Source: Kudoa neothunni (Eukaryota > Animalia > Cnidaria). From it: a stretch of 64,000 bases of DNA. Position 1 is the stretch's first letter. Every line of letters begins with the position of its first letter. The stretch is from NCBI GenBank assembly GCA_964304625.1, contig OZ199838.1, forward strand, positions 1,963,927 to 2,027,926. Direction: 5' to 3'. The notes under the pieces are model-generated. The model saw only the letters and a program-made list of their open reading frames with translations. It did not search any database and had not been told where the DNA came from. Positions 50,070-63,242 of the stretch are shown piece by piece. The position numbers and the translations under genes were made by a program.

Positions 50070-50961
50070 GATAGTGTTTATTTGCACCAGGACGTCCAAA
50101 TCTTGGGGTTTCCCCCAATATCTTGGAATTTTTCTATTAACCTTGGGTCTTTTTATTTATTTACAAAACTTGTAGATTATTGATTCTTCTGGATCAGTTT
50201 ATAAATAATAAGCTTTAGAATTAGGTAGAATAATCATATTTATCGTTTTAGTAATGGAGAGAATCAAAATTATTCGAAATTTTAAAAGGATATCATGATC
50301 GTCGTCAACGCGCCGTTTTCCGATTCTTGAATAATAATTATTATTTGAACAATTTTAATTATTATTCTGATTGTATTTGGATATTTCAACGTTGTTTTAA
50401 AATTTTCTAGTTTTTTAATAACATATTTTTAAGTTATTGATGTATATTGTTTTAAAGTACGCGATAAATTTCAAACGGAGATCAAAAAGGAGCGTGGGAT
50501 AATGTGTTCCAATCAAAATTTTTTTTAGTAGATATTAAATGTTAGCTTGATCAAGATGCTATGGACAAAAATTCCAGCTACGGCAAATGTTGAACGAGTT
50601 CATTCATTAATGATCACAGTACAAATTAAATAAACCAACTCATTCAAGGCTGAAACCGTAAAATGTAAACTTCTCGCAAAGCAGTTGATCAGAAGAAATA
50701 ATAATACTTGTTTGACGTCGCATCCAACAAATAACCTAATACATGATGTGAGCCAACGTTATCTTGAGCGCTTGAAAAATAGATCAAACTTCCTAACTGA
50801 GGGTTGTGAAGATGATAAAGGCAATTCAATTGACGATAATAGTTAGAAAACGTTTTTAAAATAAAAATTTCTGTTATTTTAATAATACCATTGTGTTTTC
50901 TTTGTGACCTTGGGTTTTTTCCGATGTCTCATTGGACACCCTGGTGCAAATAGACACTATC
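50070..50961 (+). mobile_element. TIR element with ~30-bp TIRs and a hAT dimerisation-domain remnant
   Basis: GATAGTGTTTATTTGCACCAGGACGTCCAA / TTGGACACCCTGGTGCAAATAGACACTATC, flanked by ATAAT on both sides. Internal 'IPATANVERVHSLM..Q.K*TNSFKAETVKCKL' at about 50570-50675. Confidence 0.75.
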
Positions 50962-51532
50962 ATAATATTATACAGTGCGGTAATTCTATCCTGTTATTAA
51001 AAATATGTGCAACATAATGCAGGGTTTATATCAAATGTGAACCTATGTATCTAATAAAAATTAGGTTATGAGATTTCTAACATTGCTAGGTTACTATTAA
51101 ATGCTCACATCGCTCCATATACCATTTTCCGTATTACTAGTATATTAATTAATATAATGGCTTAAATAGGTAGATAACACTATTCTGAAACATTTTCCAG
51201 GAGTGAACGATAATAATAGAATATATAATTGAGTTTTAATGTGAACTTTGAGCATAACACCCCACACACTGGATGATGGCAATCTCCGGTGTGGCTGGAT
51301 AATACGTGTATGCAACTGTAGATTATAATTCGATCTCTGTTTATCAAATGTGGGGAGCCCTTCCCAATTAACTAGTAATTATTCAGATGTGGTGACTATA
51401 AAACATATCTTTAATAAAAATAAATATATTTTAAAGCGATAACAGATTCTGTTCACTCCCCATTTTGATTTAAAGTAGAAATTCGATGTACGCCTTCCTT
51501 CACTACATCGTTTGTTGAAGACTCTTCTAAAG

Positions 51533-52187
51533 CAGTGGTGGGCACTACTTTTGGTTCGGCGGGCCGAATTGTTGATTAAATATTTTCTGAGGGCTTAGAT
51601 ACCTATTGGTGGTTTTTCTAACATTTTTGGTATAATAAAAGAGTTAGTGTATAAATTAATTTAAAAAGGAACTAAATAATTTCTAAAAAATAGAAATTTA
51701 ATGATCGGCATACTATTGCAAGTTTCGATCGAAATAATAGATTTTATCGCTTTTCAAATATGTTAATAAATTAGAGTCTTTTAAACTCGGCGAATGTAAT
51801 GGAAAATATGAATATGGTTCTTATCGCGTCAAACTTAATTTATGTGTGAGTATCGCATCCTCATATGTTTTTCTGCTATTTAGTTATTTTTAGATTCTTT
51901 TTGTTGTTAATTGAATCTCGTGTACCATTTTTTCTGAAGTTTATGACGTGATTTTGTTTTTTATGGCGTATTAGATCTTACCTGATTCACATTTACATAT
52001 AATAATCATAGGTAAAACATCAAATCAGATAATAAAATCGCGTAAAATTAAAGTTTAAAAATCCATAATATTCATCAAAAGATTGTTTATTATTTGTTTA
52101 TGGAAGATAAATGCTGTCTTGGTGTTTCTAGATTTTGAGAACATGTACATGCTTGCGCAAATTTCAGCCTCACTTTGCCCACCATTG
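51533..52187. mobile_element. hAT MITE
   Basis: CAGTGGTGGGCA / TGCCCACCATTG TIRs; perfect 8-bp TSD TTCTAAAG. Confidence 0.88.
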
Positions 52188-53982
52188 TTCTAAAGGATAA
52201 TCTCTGCATAATCCACATAGTCTAACGGAATCCATCGGCACGAAACCAAGACGCGTTCATTACTCTTCTAGTAATGCTCCAACACTTTTCAATGAAAATT
52301 AATGTCATTAGCTATCTTTATAATATTCATTACTTTGATATCAATTCGTAATAACTACATTTAATTGAAGTTAAGGTCGCATCGCTTATTAAATGTAAAA
52401 AATTTAACTCAGTAAATGCACTTTTTTCTTCATAATTTTATAATTATAAATTTAAGGCTCTACTTAAGGAATCTAGAACTTTTGAGTCTTCTCATTTAGT
52501 TTTATACGCGAAAAAAGTCAAATTATCGAAATTGGGGTCACAAATGACATGACCCGAGTTGATGACGCGAGGGTTAACATTTCTATTTATTAATAGGTGG
52601 AATAACCATGATAATTTATTTCTTTGTCTTTAATAAATAAATTCTTTAATCAAAATCATTTTAAGTCAAAAATTGAAAATTTTGAAACTTTCACTTTTTT
52701 ATGGAAAAGATAAACAAATTTTTCAATATTTAAAAATGGGTTGGACTATTAAAAATTGTGCCAATTATTGTTTAGATAAACCATAAGGATAGGGCAAATA
52801 AGAATTATACTTTAATTAGTATTCAAGATTTTTATAATTAGAATTCGACTAAATTGGCACGCAAAAATTATATAAACTAACATCTTACATTTAAAAATGA
52901 GTCACATATTTATTTTCCTCATTTAATTTTTAAATTTACAATTAAAACACAAGACTCCAAATAACATGTTCTACGCATGTGCGTCAAATCATTTCAGGGT
53001 TACGAAAGTTTCTAATTGACGGACCAAATTTTTGAGTTACATAAGCTTCAAGAGCTGAATAAAAAATTTTTTATTTAAAGAATTTATAAAATGAGACGAA
53101 AACAATATAAATATAAAAAAATAATGAATTTGTGTTTGAATGTGAAACGGGAAACTGATTTCTGAGGCAGGATTTAGTATATTCCAATTTTGAGACTCAC
53201 AATGGGATTACAAACCATCTATCGTCTCTTGTAAAATTTAAAAAATTCGAAAATTCGGTTATATTTATGGTTGTGATTAAGAATTACAATTTTTTGCAAG
53301 CATAAAATTCATAGTTTATGAATTCGATCATGCTCAAATTGTGTAGATGCTAATAAGCTGTTCATTTGGCGAGTTTTAGATTCTTTATCATTTATTTATT
53401 CACGATCAATTACAGATGATTACATAATTTTGTAAAATAATGTATATGATGCTAGTAAATATCTGAGGAAAGGTGGTCACTGCGAATCATTTTAAATTTC
53501 TGGTATCAAATCAGTTAAACCCAACCAGATTAAAAATTAGAGTTAGTGAGTATAATTTATAAGTTTAAATAATTAAGAATTTTAAATTTTTAGATGCATA
53601 GCAATCAAATAAACTCTAAAAAATGTATCTTATCGACTAGTACGTTTAATATTCAGAATCTAGCTATATTAATGTGCCGATGATCTCGTTTGTTTCAATT
53701 AAGATAAAATAAAATCGTTCAGGGAGGAATTAAATGAGTATTTTTAATTAACATTCGTCTACCAAAATAACGCATTGGTAGTCTCCAAATAAGTCAACAC
53801 CATTTCTTGCGCATTCGAATGTTTGAATACAGCGGACCGGGTTGAATGTATGTATCGGAGGAGGGCCGTACTTTGATGACCTCTGTTCTATTTGATCGAT
53901 TTGGCAATCAAAGCGAGTTCTTTAATCTTAAACATCGGAATGGCATAGATATTCATTCTTTTGATGCCCCAATGTCTTAAGA

Positions 53983-54475
53983 CAGAGTTTCCTAACCTTG
54001 TTCAAATGTATTTATTTTTTAACTTAAACTGTTTGTAATTTTGAATCAAGCTCCATGCCACATTAAAATTAGAAAATGACTAATGTATATTTCTTTTTTA
54101 TTAGAATTAAAATTTATTCAATCAAAAACTGCGTTATGTGAAACTTGTGGTAATCCAAACCGCATCTGGCAAAACTTTTATGTATTCGGGGCTTATAAAC
54201 CGAAATTAAATAATTAATATTGAAAATTAATCAAAATTTCTTTTGGATAATTCAAAAAAAGAGGGGATCACGGTTGTAAATATGACAACGTTGGAATTAT
54301 AACCATTTCGATTCTATTGAGCAAAAGCCATGTTAAACGTTTTTATATTTTTTATATAAATCGATGAGTGCTTTTGTATTGTTCTAAGATATTCACATTC
54401 GCTCAAAAATAAACAAGATCAAAAATCGAAGTATTGATTTCAATGTGTTTCCACGCCCCACGTTGAGAAACACTG
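53983..54475. mobile_element. hAT-like MITE, old
   Basis: CAGAGTTTCCTAAC / GTTGAGAAACACTG; decayed TSD TCTTAAGA / TCTTATGC. Confidence 0.55.
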
Positions 54476-54908
54476 TCTTATGCGGAAGCGAAAGCTTACG
54501 CAAAGGCTTCCAAGTTGCTTCTTGAGTACACACTCTCGAATCTGATCGTGTTGTAGACTAACAACTAATACTTAATTAACGACAGCTTTACCGCCACGTT
54601 AGATTATCTTCTTTATTATTATTGGGCTCTTTCAAGCCGGGCGTGTGTTACATTTGAGGCTTTGAACGGGTCGAGTACTAAACATAACATATCGTAGAGG
54701 GCTCGAATTGCGATGAGATATGCAACCATCTACCCGATATGAAAATAGATATTTTTAATGCAATATTAGATGTTCAACGCTAGTATGAGACTGGAAACCT
54801 CAATCCAACAAAGAACTAGTTACTCTGGTTCAAACTCATTAGAATTAAATTTGGATCATTTGAGGGGACAGCAAAAAGTGTGGATGATAGACTAAAATCG
54901 TTATAGGA

Positions 54909-56933
54909 TTGAGTGAGGAAGTTACACACGAGTACGGAACGAAAAAGGAAACGGGAGTTTGCTCCAAATGTAAACGTAGCGAACATTTAGCTAACAACTG
55001 TTACACAAATAATTTTGACCGAAAAGTTTATCCGTGTGGTTTTATTGGCGCCTTCAATAAGTTACCGAATGTTGACACTGATCTGAATGGATGCAAAAAA
55101 TTGCTTTTTGATAACGACTTAGACAGTTCTTTTATTTTGAGATCACTAACCAATAATATTGCTCCCAAAGGGGAATATAAAGAACCAATCAAGGTAGTAA
55201 TGACGAGTGGATCCAATGAAATTATAAGGCATAAAGCTAATATTAATATTTTTGATAAAATAATAAATCAAGATGCTTTTATTATGCTGCAATCAATAAA
55301 TACACTTTATTTGGTAAAGATTTGTTAAGAAAATCTGGAGCTGGTACTCATTGCAAAGATAGATCTATAAACCTTCCGAAAATATCACAAACCGAAGTAG
55401 CTAGAACAAACGAATCAAAAAATCACCCAACCACCAACATAGCGGTTAAGAAGTTAATGACTAAATTTCCTGATATATTTCACAGTGAAAAAACTCCGTT
55501 GACCAAAACCGAAGAAATAAAGCATCACATATTTATCAAAGAAAGCATATACCCAACAAACCAATGCCATAGAAGTACTGAAAACTCACACAAATATGAG
55601 ATTGGGAGGTAGTTGGATAATATGCTAAAGAATGAGATCACAGAAGAATCCACTAGTCCCTGGGCAGCCAAAGTGATATTAATACCAAAGAAAAGCGGTG
55701 AGTGGCGCCTCTGCGTCGACTATAGGAAGCTCAATGAACGAACTACTAAAAATTTATGCTCGTTGCTTCGAATCCTCAATATTCTTGATAACATAGCTGG
55801 ATCAAAAGAGAAGATCGCGCTTATATCACTGTACGGTTTTTACCAATTTAAGGGGATGCCTTTTAATCTATGTAATGTTCTCATTACGTTCCAAGTTCTG
55901 ATGAATAAAGTTTTAGAACCAATTATTTAAAAATATTCCTTCGGATATCTTAATGATATAATTTATTTATAGCAAAACCAAAGAAGAACATTCAAATCAT
56001 TTTAAAGAGGCGACGGAACTTTACGCAAGGGGAATTTTAAAGTTAAATTGAGAAAATATATTTTATTTGTTGAATGTATCAAGTTTCCTAGTTATATAAT
56101 ATGTCAAAAGGGAATATCCATCGATTCAGATAAAATCAACCGCATGAAAGATACGAACACGCGTTCTAACTCTAATGTGAAGGCTTTGCAGAAATTCTTT
56201 AGGTTTACTCTATATTATTGACGATTAATTGATGAATTGGCTAAAATTGTTAAATCACTGCACAAGCTGACATAAAAGGGAATTGAACCTCCAATGTGAA
56301 AAGTCATTTTGCTTATTAAAAAATCAATCATGTAAACCGTCGTGGTTGGCCCCACTAGATTATAACTAGGACTTTATAGTCGACTTTGATAAACGCAATT
56401 GTGTTTCTGGGGCTACGCCGCCGCGTGAAATCGATAAACTGGAGAAACCTATGTATTTTGCAAGTCGATTGTTAACCGAACCAGAAATAAACTATTCTAC
56501 AACAAAAATGGAATTTCTTGCCATTGTTTGGACCCTTGGAAAATTCAGACCATATGTTATAGACAAATATGCCATTATAGGGAATGACCTTAGCAGTCAT
56601 CAATGGTTTATGAACTTTAATGAGCGAATGGGACAAACCGCAAGATGATCGGAAAAGTTGAGTCATTTTAACTTCTCGATAATCTAAAGAATGAGGAAAT
56701 TCCAGGAAAATTCTGATGCAGTGAAATTACACAGAATTGATGAATCATCAAATTTTACCTGTTTTTTATTCATGTGCGCGTCACGAAAGGATTTGACAGA
56801 TAACACTTGCATTGATGAAATTGATATATCGTATCTACTAAACCTGAATGCATCTTTTTATATTGCGTATAAAGACGAGGAAATTTTTATTGACTCTGAT
56901 GATTCACTTATCAAGTTAATAAAAACTAATTGA
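54909..56933 (+). mobile_element. Ty3/gypsy LTR retrotransposon relic (gag zinc knuckle, protease, RT, RNase H; no integrase seen)
   Basis: CSKCKRSEHLANNC (CCHC); LFDNDLDSSF (decayed protease); ESTSPWAAKVILIPKKSGEWRLCVDYRKLN; GYLND (decayed YxDD) at about 55943; YFASRLLTEPEINYSTTKMEFLAIVW. Many stops and frameshifts. Confidence 0.9.
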
Positions 56934-57745
56934 GTTTGCTAAAGCCAAGACACCTACGGAAAGTAGGGTGATTTTTTCCAGGGCGTGACTGTTTATGTAA
57001 GGCAATTATAAATAAATATTAATTACTTAATTTTTTTAGTGTTCAAATAAAGTTTTAACTATTAAGATATGAAGTTATTTCCGATTGATAATTTAATAAT
57101 ATTTTAAATTTTTATTTTTTTAATAAGAAAGTGATCTACGCTTGATGATTTAACTATAATTTTGAGCCAATGTATATTTTTTTGAGTAGGCTGTGGTTCA
57201 GATATTTAATATGAATCATTTGATATAGTCATTCAATTTAAATATTTATTATCGTTGAAGCGACTAGTATTAAAAAATATATTACACTTTTGAGATATTA
57301 TCTTAGATAAACAAAATCAGTCGCATTAAAAAGTCCCTTGAAGCTATATAAATTTTTTGCGCGCGCGCGTGCAAATATTTAACGTGGAATTAATAATTAT
57401 TTCGTCTAATTATTTTCGTAAAAATTTAATAATAAATGTAAAAATTCTATAAAACCATAAGATCCAATGAACTTTATTATACTCGGAAGATGTTACAATC
57501 GATAATATGATAAACGATGTATCAGTACCGAAAACGCGAAAAGAAATAAGAGAACAGGTAGAACACCGATAATTTATTTGAAATTAGATGTAAAAACCTA
57601 GCACAATACTAAAATTAGACTCAAATAAAAATTCTGATTTCGTTAATTCAAAAATTGGAAGGAGAAAAATATACGACACAACTGAAACGACTCATTAGAT
57701 AGACGATATAATGTGAATAAGTTTCGACTAATATGTTGATTGTAG

Positions 57746-59896
57746 TTAAACAATATTTATCGGAGTGACTTCATGGAAGGTTGGAGTTTTATAGGCGTAA
57801 ATAATAGCCCTAACTTCGAAGCATCCCTTCCTGTTTGGGGTCACGTCAAAAACAGCGTCAATACATTGCTCTCGGTTTATTATCCTATACACATAAACAT
57901 TATGGAGATATTTAATGTTACAACAACTTGATATGCCTTTTGTGTTTCTCATCAGAGAAATCGATTTGAAGCCTCACGACGACATTTTCCAGATCGAAGG
58001 GGAATGGGTTTTCCATGTTTACACGAATCTCATTCTTCTCGAAAGCTTTCACCTCATCTGGTATTGATATACTGAATGAGGGGGTTATTAGTGGCAAAGA
58101 AAATTCTTGTCTCAGGAGTTTTTGTTCATCCACCACAAACATCTCAACTACCACCTCGCAAAAATCGCTTTTAACCTTGCTGAGTATATCCTTTTTGTCG
58201 ACCACAAAAGACAACTCGTTTTGTCCAGTTGCAAATACCCTTTCCTTTTTGTATGATATTTGTTCGGAACGAATGCTAGGTTGCTGTACAACAAAGCATT
58301 TCATCACCACGTCAACGGCAGTATGGGAATCATATAGTAGAACCACTTTCAGGTCCAAGTCCTCACCCATCAGCAAGTGGTCTTCTCTATCATGTAATTG
58401 AAAATCTGCAATTTTTATTCCAAAATCAAATGTGTTTGTAGAGTTATCAGCATTTTTTCGAGCCATTACATCCATCAAAGATCCATCGGTGTATTTGTAG
58501 TTGTGAGTGACGTCGTTTCTTTCGTATGATCCAATAGCTTTGGTGCTAATTTTATGGCCGATTTTTGAAATTTCGACGTCAATAATCTCTACTTTACCGT
58601 CGACAATTCTTTTGTACACAATGTCCCCATTTACTTCACTGAACACGTACGGACAGTCGTAACCAGCTTTTAAATCTCCCGCTTTGACAGCAGCTACAGG
58701 TGCAGGACCACACACATATCGTCCATCCACACTGCATTCTTGAGGGGTAGCATCACAAACATGCCATCCATTATATTTCTCTGAAGCCCAAGATGTCATA
58801 TAACACTCGGTCCAACAATGGAAATTCCAAACACTATCAACCGATAAAAGGGGTATGTAGTTGTAATCTTCGTCGTAGTACACGTCTTTGTCCAGTGAAC
58901 CGCCCGCATTGTGTAAACATTTGAAACATGTAATCACACGGCAACCAATACCAGCCAATCGAAATACTAAATCAATGGAATTTGTATAATATAGAAAAAA
59001 ATACGCGAGCATAGGACTGCTGCAAATGTAAAACATTGTCCATATTTTACGGGTCTCTTGCGTTTCAAATATTTGGCAAAGATGGCTTTCGAACCAGACC
59101 AAAAAGTAGGGGGTTTACCACCCACATAATCCCCATCCCACTTACCAGCAATGACACCATTATCGTCAAAGTTGTTAACTAATGCGGTGAGTTCTCTTGC
59201 AAACTCAGTAAAATTTGATCTTAAGGAAATATCAATTCTTTTTATAAGATACAACAGTAATTCGATCGCTGGTTTGCTAAACTGATCAAGATCCCACATG
59301 TTTCTATGTATGTAGGTGCTTTTTCCCTGGAACAAAACTGTTCTTGTATTCAGAATGTATTCCTTTCTTTCTTCGTCATTAGGCATATAGGCTTCATCGT
59401 CTAGTGGTCATGAATTTATCTGTTATCTCCGCGCACAAATATAAAGGAATATTAATGAAAAAACCTGGATTCCATGCATTGAATAACATCAAAAATGTGC
59501 CATTTCCTATCTTCTTATCTCCACACATTACGTCTACTTCATATTCTCCAATTTCACAATTGCAGGGCGTTTCTAAGTGGAAGATTGGTTTGTTTTCATC
59601 CTCGCTGGCAAGCTTTATGTTCCATTGGGATTTTGAGGGATTCTCAAGATTGTACGACTAGATTGGCTTCAATCAAATGGCCTACATACAAAACATACTA
59701 TATCGTTGGGATTCATATTACGGCCATTCACTGCCATGTTGACGCTGATTTTTTCAAGACCTCCTAACTTTTCAAGGAATGACTCGCCATTCAATGAGAA
59801 AGTGGCCACGCCACCACGACGAATAACCGGGTAATGCCAGTCGAAGTTAGTTGGCACGTCGTTTTCAAGTACACATATACTCTCACCATGGCCCAT
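57746..59896 (-). CDS. TGM: Protein-glutamine gamma-glutamyltransferase (transglutaminase), 5 exons
   Basis: VIRRG; LFNAWNP/DDEAYM; GKWDG (transition-state Trp); catalytic triad YGQC (Cys at about 59034), WNFHCW and CDATPQE; CGPAPVAAVKAG; VFSEVNGD; C-terminal barrel. Confidence 0.93.
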
Positions 59897-62800
59897 TTCG
59901 AAACGATGACGTGTCCGAAAACGAACTGATTATAAATAATGATAATAATATCTCACCGCCAACCTCCCTATTACAAACTATGGTTGTAATTATCGTAATT
60001 CTTAATACAAGCGTTTTTTTGTGTTACTCGTAATTATTTGTTTTTATAGTTTGAATTGATAACCATACTATCAATATATATGATCTAATTTGTTGAACTA
60101 AAGAACTCATTATTAATCGTACTACTATATTACTTAATAAAATTGGGTCATTATGCGCCCAGTTGTCACGACTCCATTTCTGAATTTCAATATTTTACGC
60201 ATTGAAAAGACGTCCATTTTATATTTTTTCTTGAATTATTGGTACAAATAAATTATTTAATGAAATATTAAAAAAATATGTGTTTGCATATAAAAAATTG
60301 AATTATTTAATATTTAATATACAATTAATTTTAAATAACGAAAATGTTAATTGTTTTACTTTTAAGTAATTATCAGTGTTACACCACCAAGAGGCTACTT
60401 TAGGAAATTGTTATTTGCCATCATATTAGCAATTGCCGACATCTACAGTGCAAAAAACCTCTAGCTCCTCGCAATTATTTCAACAGCTTATGCCACCAAT
60501 TAAGCCAGTACGAGTAAATGTTATATTAATTCTCAAATTCAAGCTGAAAAATTCTAATTATGATGGATTGTCATAATATATCCTTGTTGATTGCCTACTG
60601 TATCAATTCTTTGTCAATACGAATAAGAATTTCATATTTTATACAAGCATTAGCTGATTATTTGTAGTAAACGCATAACGTTATTGTCAAAAACAATTTA
60701 TTATAATTAATTCAGTCTTTCCTACCATTAAATGTTCAACATATTTCATGCTAACCTGTTATAAAAAACACAGGACTAATCTACGAACTAATTATAATAT
60801 TTAATCGTGAAATGCGGTCATTATTCAGCATTTTAACCATTTTCTTTTTAAATAAAAATAAAATGTGGAGCATATGGTAGCTGACGCCTCCAAAAATTAG
60901 CGTACTTCTAGTGATTGTATCCATTTAAAAATGCACCAGTGTGTATATAACAGAAAAAGAACATTGAGCAATTATAATACGCATAAATTTTTCCATAATC
61001 GTTCTAATTCTAATTCGTGGATCATTTTACTAGTTATAATCTGAATTATGCATAAGAAACAAGTTTTTATATTATTTTTAAACTTTTTAAATATAATTAT
61101 GAAACACTTCTAGTATATTTAATACCCAAATTAACGCTAATTTCGACACAAATGGCTGAGTGTGTGACACCTGTGAATCATCATTTTTTGCATGTTTTTT
61201 CCATTTTTTTATTATGTTTCTTGTATTAAAATGGAATTAAAAGTACTAAAATTTATATAAAAATAACGAACTATTAAGTTTAACAACTCATCATCTAAAC
61301 AGTGTGGGGTGGGATACAAGTGCCATCTACGTCGTGTAAAGATAACATTAAATATTCTTTTGTTTTTCAATAAAACCTTACTTTTATAATTTATTATTAA
61401 CAATAATAAATCAGTTCTTTAATTTATATAACATATAACTTATTTAATGTAATAATGAGTTAGTTTAACACATGTAAGGAAATGGTTTCATCGAGTTCAA
61501 TAGGAAATGATGTTTTTTATTGATTAATGTTCCAATTATTATAATTTTAATAGAGATTTCAGTAACAAAAAGCAATAAAATTTTTTACCTGAAAACCATA
61601 ATATCCCAATTAGGATTCCGTTAGTATATAATTCTTTAAATTTTCCCAAAACATTTATAGGCGATAAAAATCTAATTTACTGACAATATTTTTTAACTAC
61701 AGAATGAATACATCGATAAGACAGCGACATGTTTTAAAATTATGAAATTATTGTCAACCATTTTGTTACTCTAGATAATAACTACCCAATATTCGTGACA
61801 AGAACATGTATATTATTTTGAATTAAAATAAAGAATGTAGTAATAAATAAACAAATATTTAAAATGATGTTCGATAATCATTCTTTATAAAAACAATTAT
61901 TTTTTTCATAAGTGTATTAATTTAATAAATATAATAAATTTTTTATAATACTACATATAATTTCGTAGTTAATAAAGTTTGATCAAAATACAGGTACAGC
62001 CACTTTTATATATTCAGAATATCAACAAAAAAAATTTACAAACTAAAAAAAGTATTGATAAATCCATTTATGGATTACAACAGTTTAGAAAGTAATTTTA
62101 TATAATGAAAATTAAAATGTTTTTGTGAAATGTGCAAATAGTTTATTTCCAAAGTTTTCCAATTTTTAGTTTTTAGATTTAAATTTCAAAAATCTCAAGT
62201 AACAATAATACAAAACTTTTGAGCCATTTAATTATTAATAAAATGAGAATATTTAGTGTTTTGTTGAATCACGATGTAGATTGCACGTGTATTCGGCAAT
62301 GATCGGGTGAAGTGTTGTGAAAATTTATAAATTTTCATTTTTGGGAAATATGTGATCTCGGTATTATTTTATCATATTATAAAAAATCACGAATAAATAA
62401 AAAGATAAAACGCACGCAAGCCAGGATAGTGCATTTCATTTTCCGCACACTTACCATTACCATTTTGATTTGTAAAGTAATTGAACAGTTATAATTAGTA
62501 TTGATTTTTTTATTATGTTAATTATTTTTTTAACTAAAAAGAAAAGAAGAAAATAATAAATTTAGAAGATAAGGAGCGTATTTCCAGAAACTATTAATTA
62601 GAACCATGGTTATGTTTACGATTTTGTATTTTTATTATTTTGAAGGTATCATAAATCGATTAACATTTATTAGCTCTTTTCCTAATAAATAAAATAATGC
62701 TGTATTAAAGGAATATTTGTTAACGTAAATACATATCATTACGCTAAATAGGTAGATGTAGTAAACATTATGGCTGAATGGTTAATGTCAAAAAATAATT

Positions 62801-62966
62801 TGTATAAATTAGAAAAGTCATTTAAAATATAATAAAGGGATTTATTTTGTGTTATTATAGATATACAATATTTTACATCATATACTTATTATTAACAATG
62901 AGGACGTGCATCAAAAATATTAAATCACAACAATAATGTACGAAATAATGGCATGATATTTTAAAA

Positions 62967-63242
62967 CTAAATTTTTAAATGTTCAAAATAAAAAAGAGAT
63001 TCGTCTATTTCAATTATGTAACCATCACCTCCAAATGTTTTTCTTTTATTAGATTCATCAACGCAAATTGACCGAATCTTCGAAGGCCAAAATTGCGTGG
63101 TTTTGGGATTGATATCAATTAAATCTGATACAGATTCGATCGTGTGGTCATGTTTCCAATAAGACAATATTTTCAGTATTTCCTTTACTGAAAGCTTTGA
63201 GAAATTGTTATTCGTTGGATACGTTGAGAAAAATGAATCCAC
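62967..63242 (-). mobile_element. Merlin (IS1016/IS1595-like) transposase fragment
   Basis: 'FGGDGYIIEIDESLF' matches the Merlin GGxGxxVEIDESxF first-Asp motif. Truncated. Confidence 0.75.

Noticed and set aside
54474-54670. 5' LTR and PBS of the gypsy relic
   Set aside because: The TG at 54474 is the end of a hAT MITE. TGTTACA-TTTGAGGC is only weakly PBS-like and no matching 3' LTR was found.
60000-62900. Coding potential in the AT-rich region upstream of the transglutaminase
   Set aside because: Only a short low-complexity ORF (61212-61403) with no motifs and no consistent exon chain.
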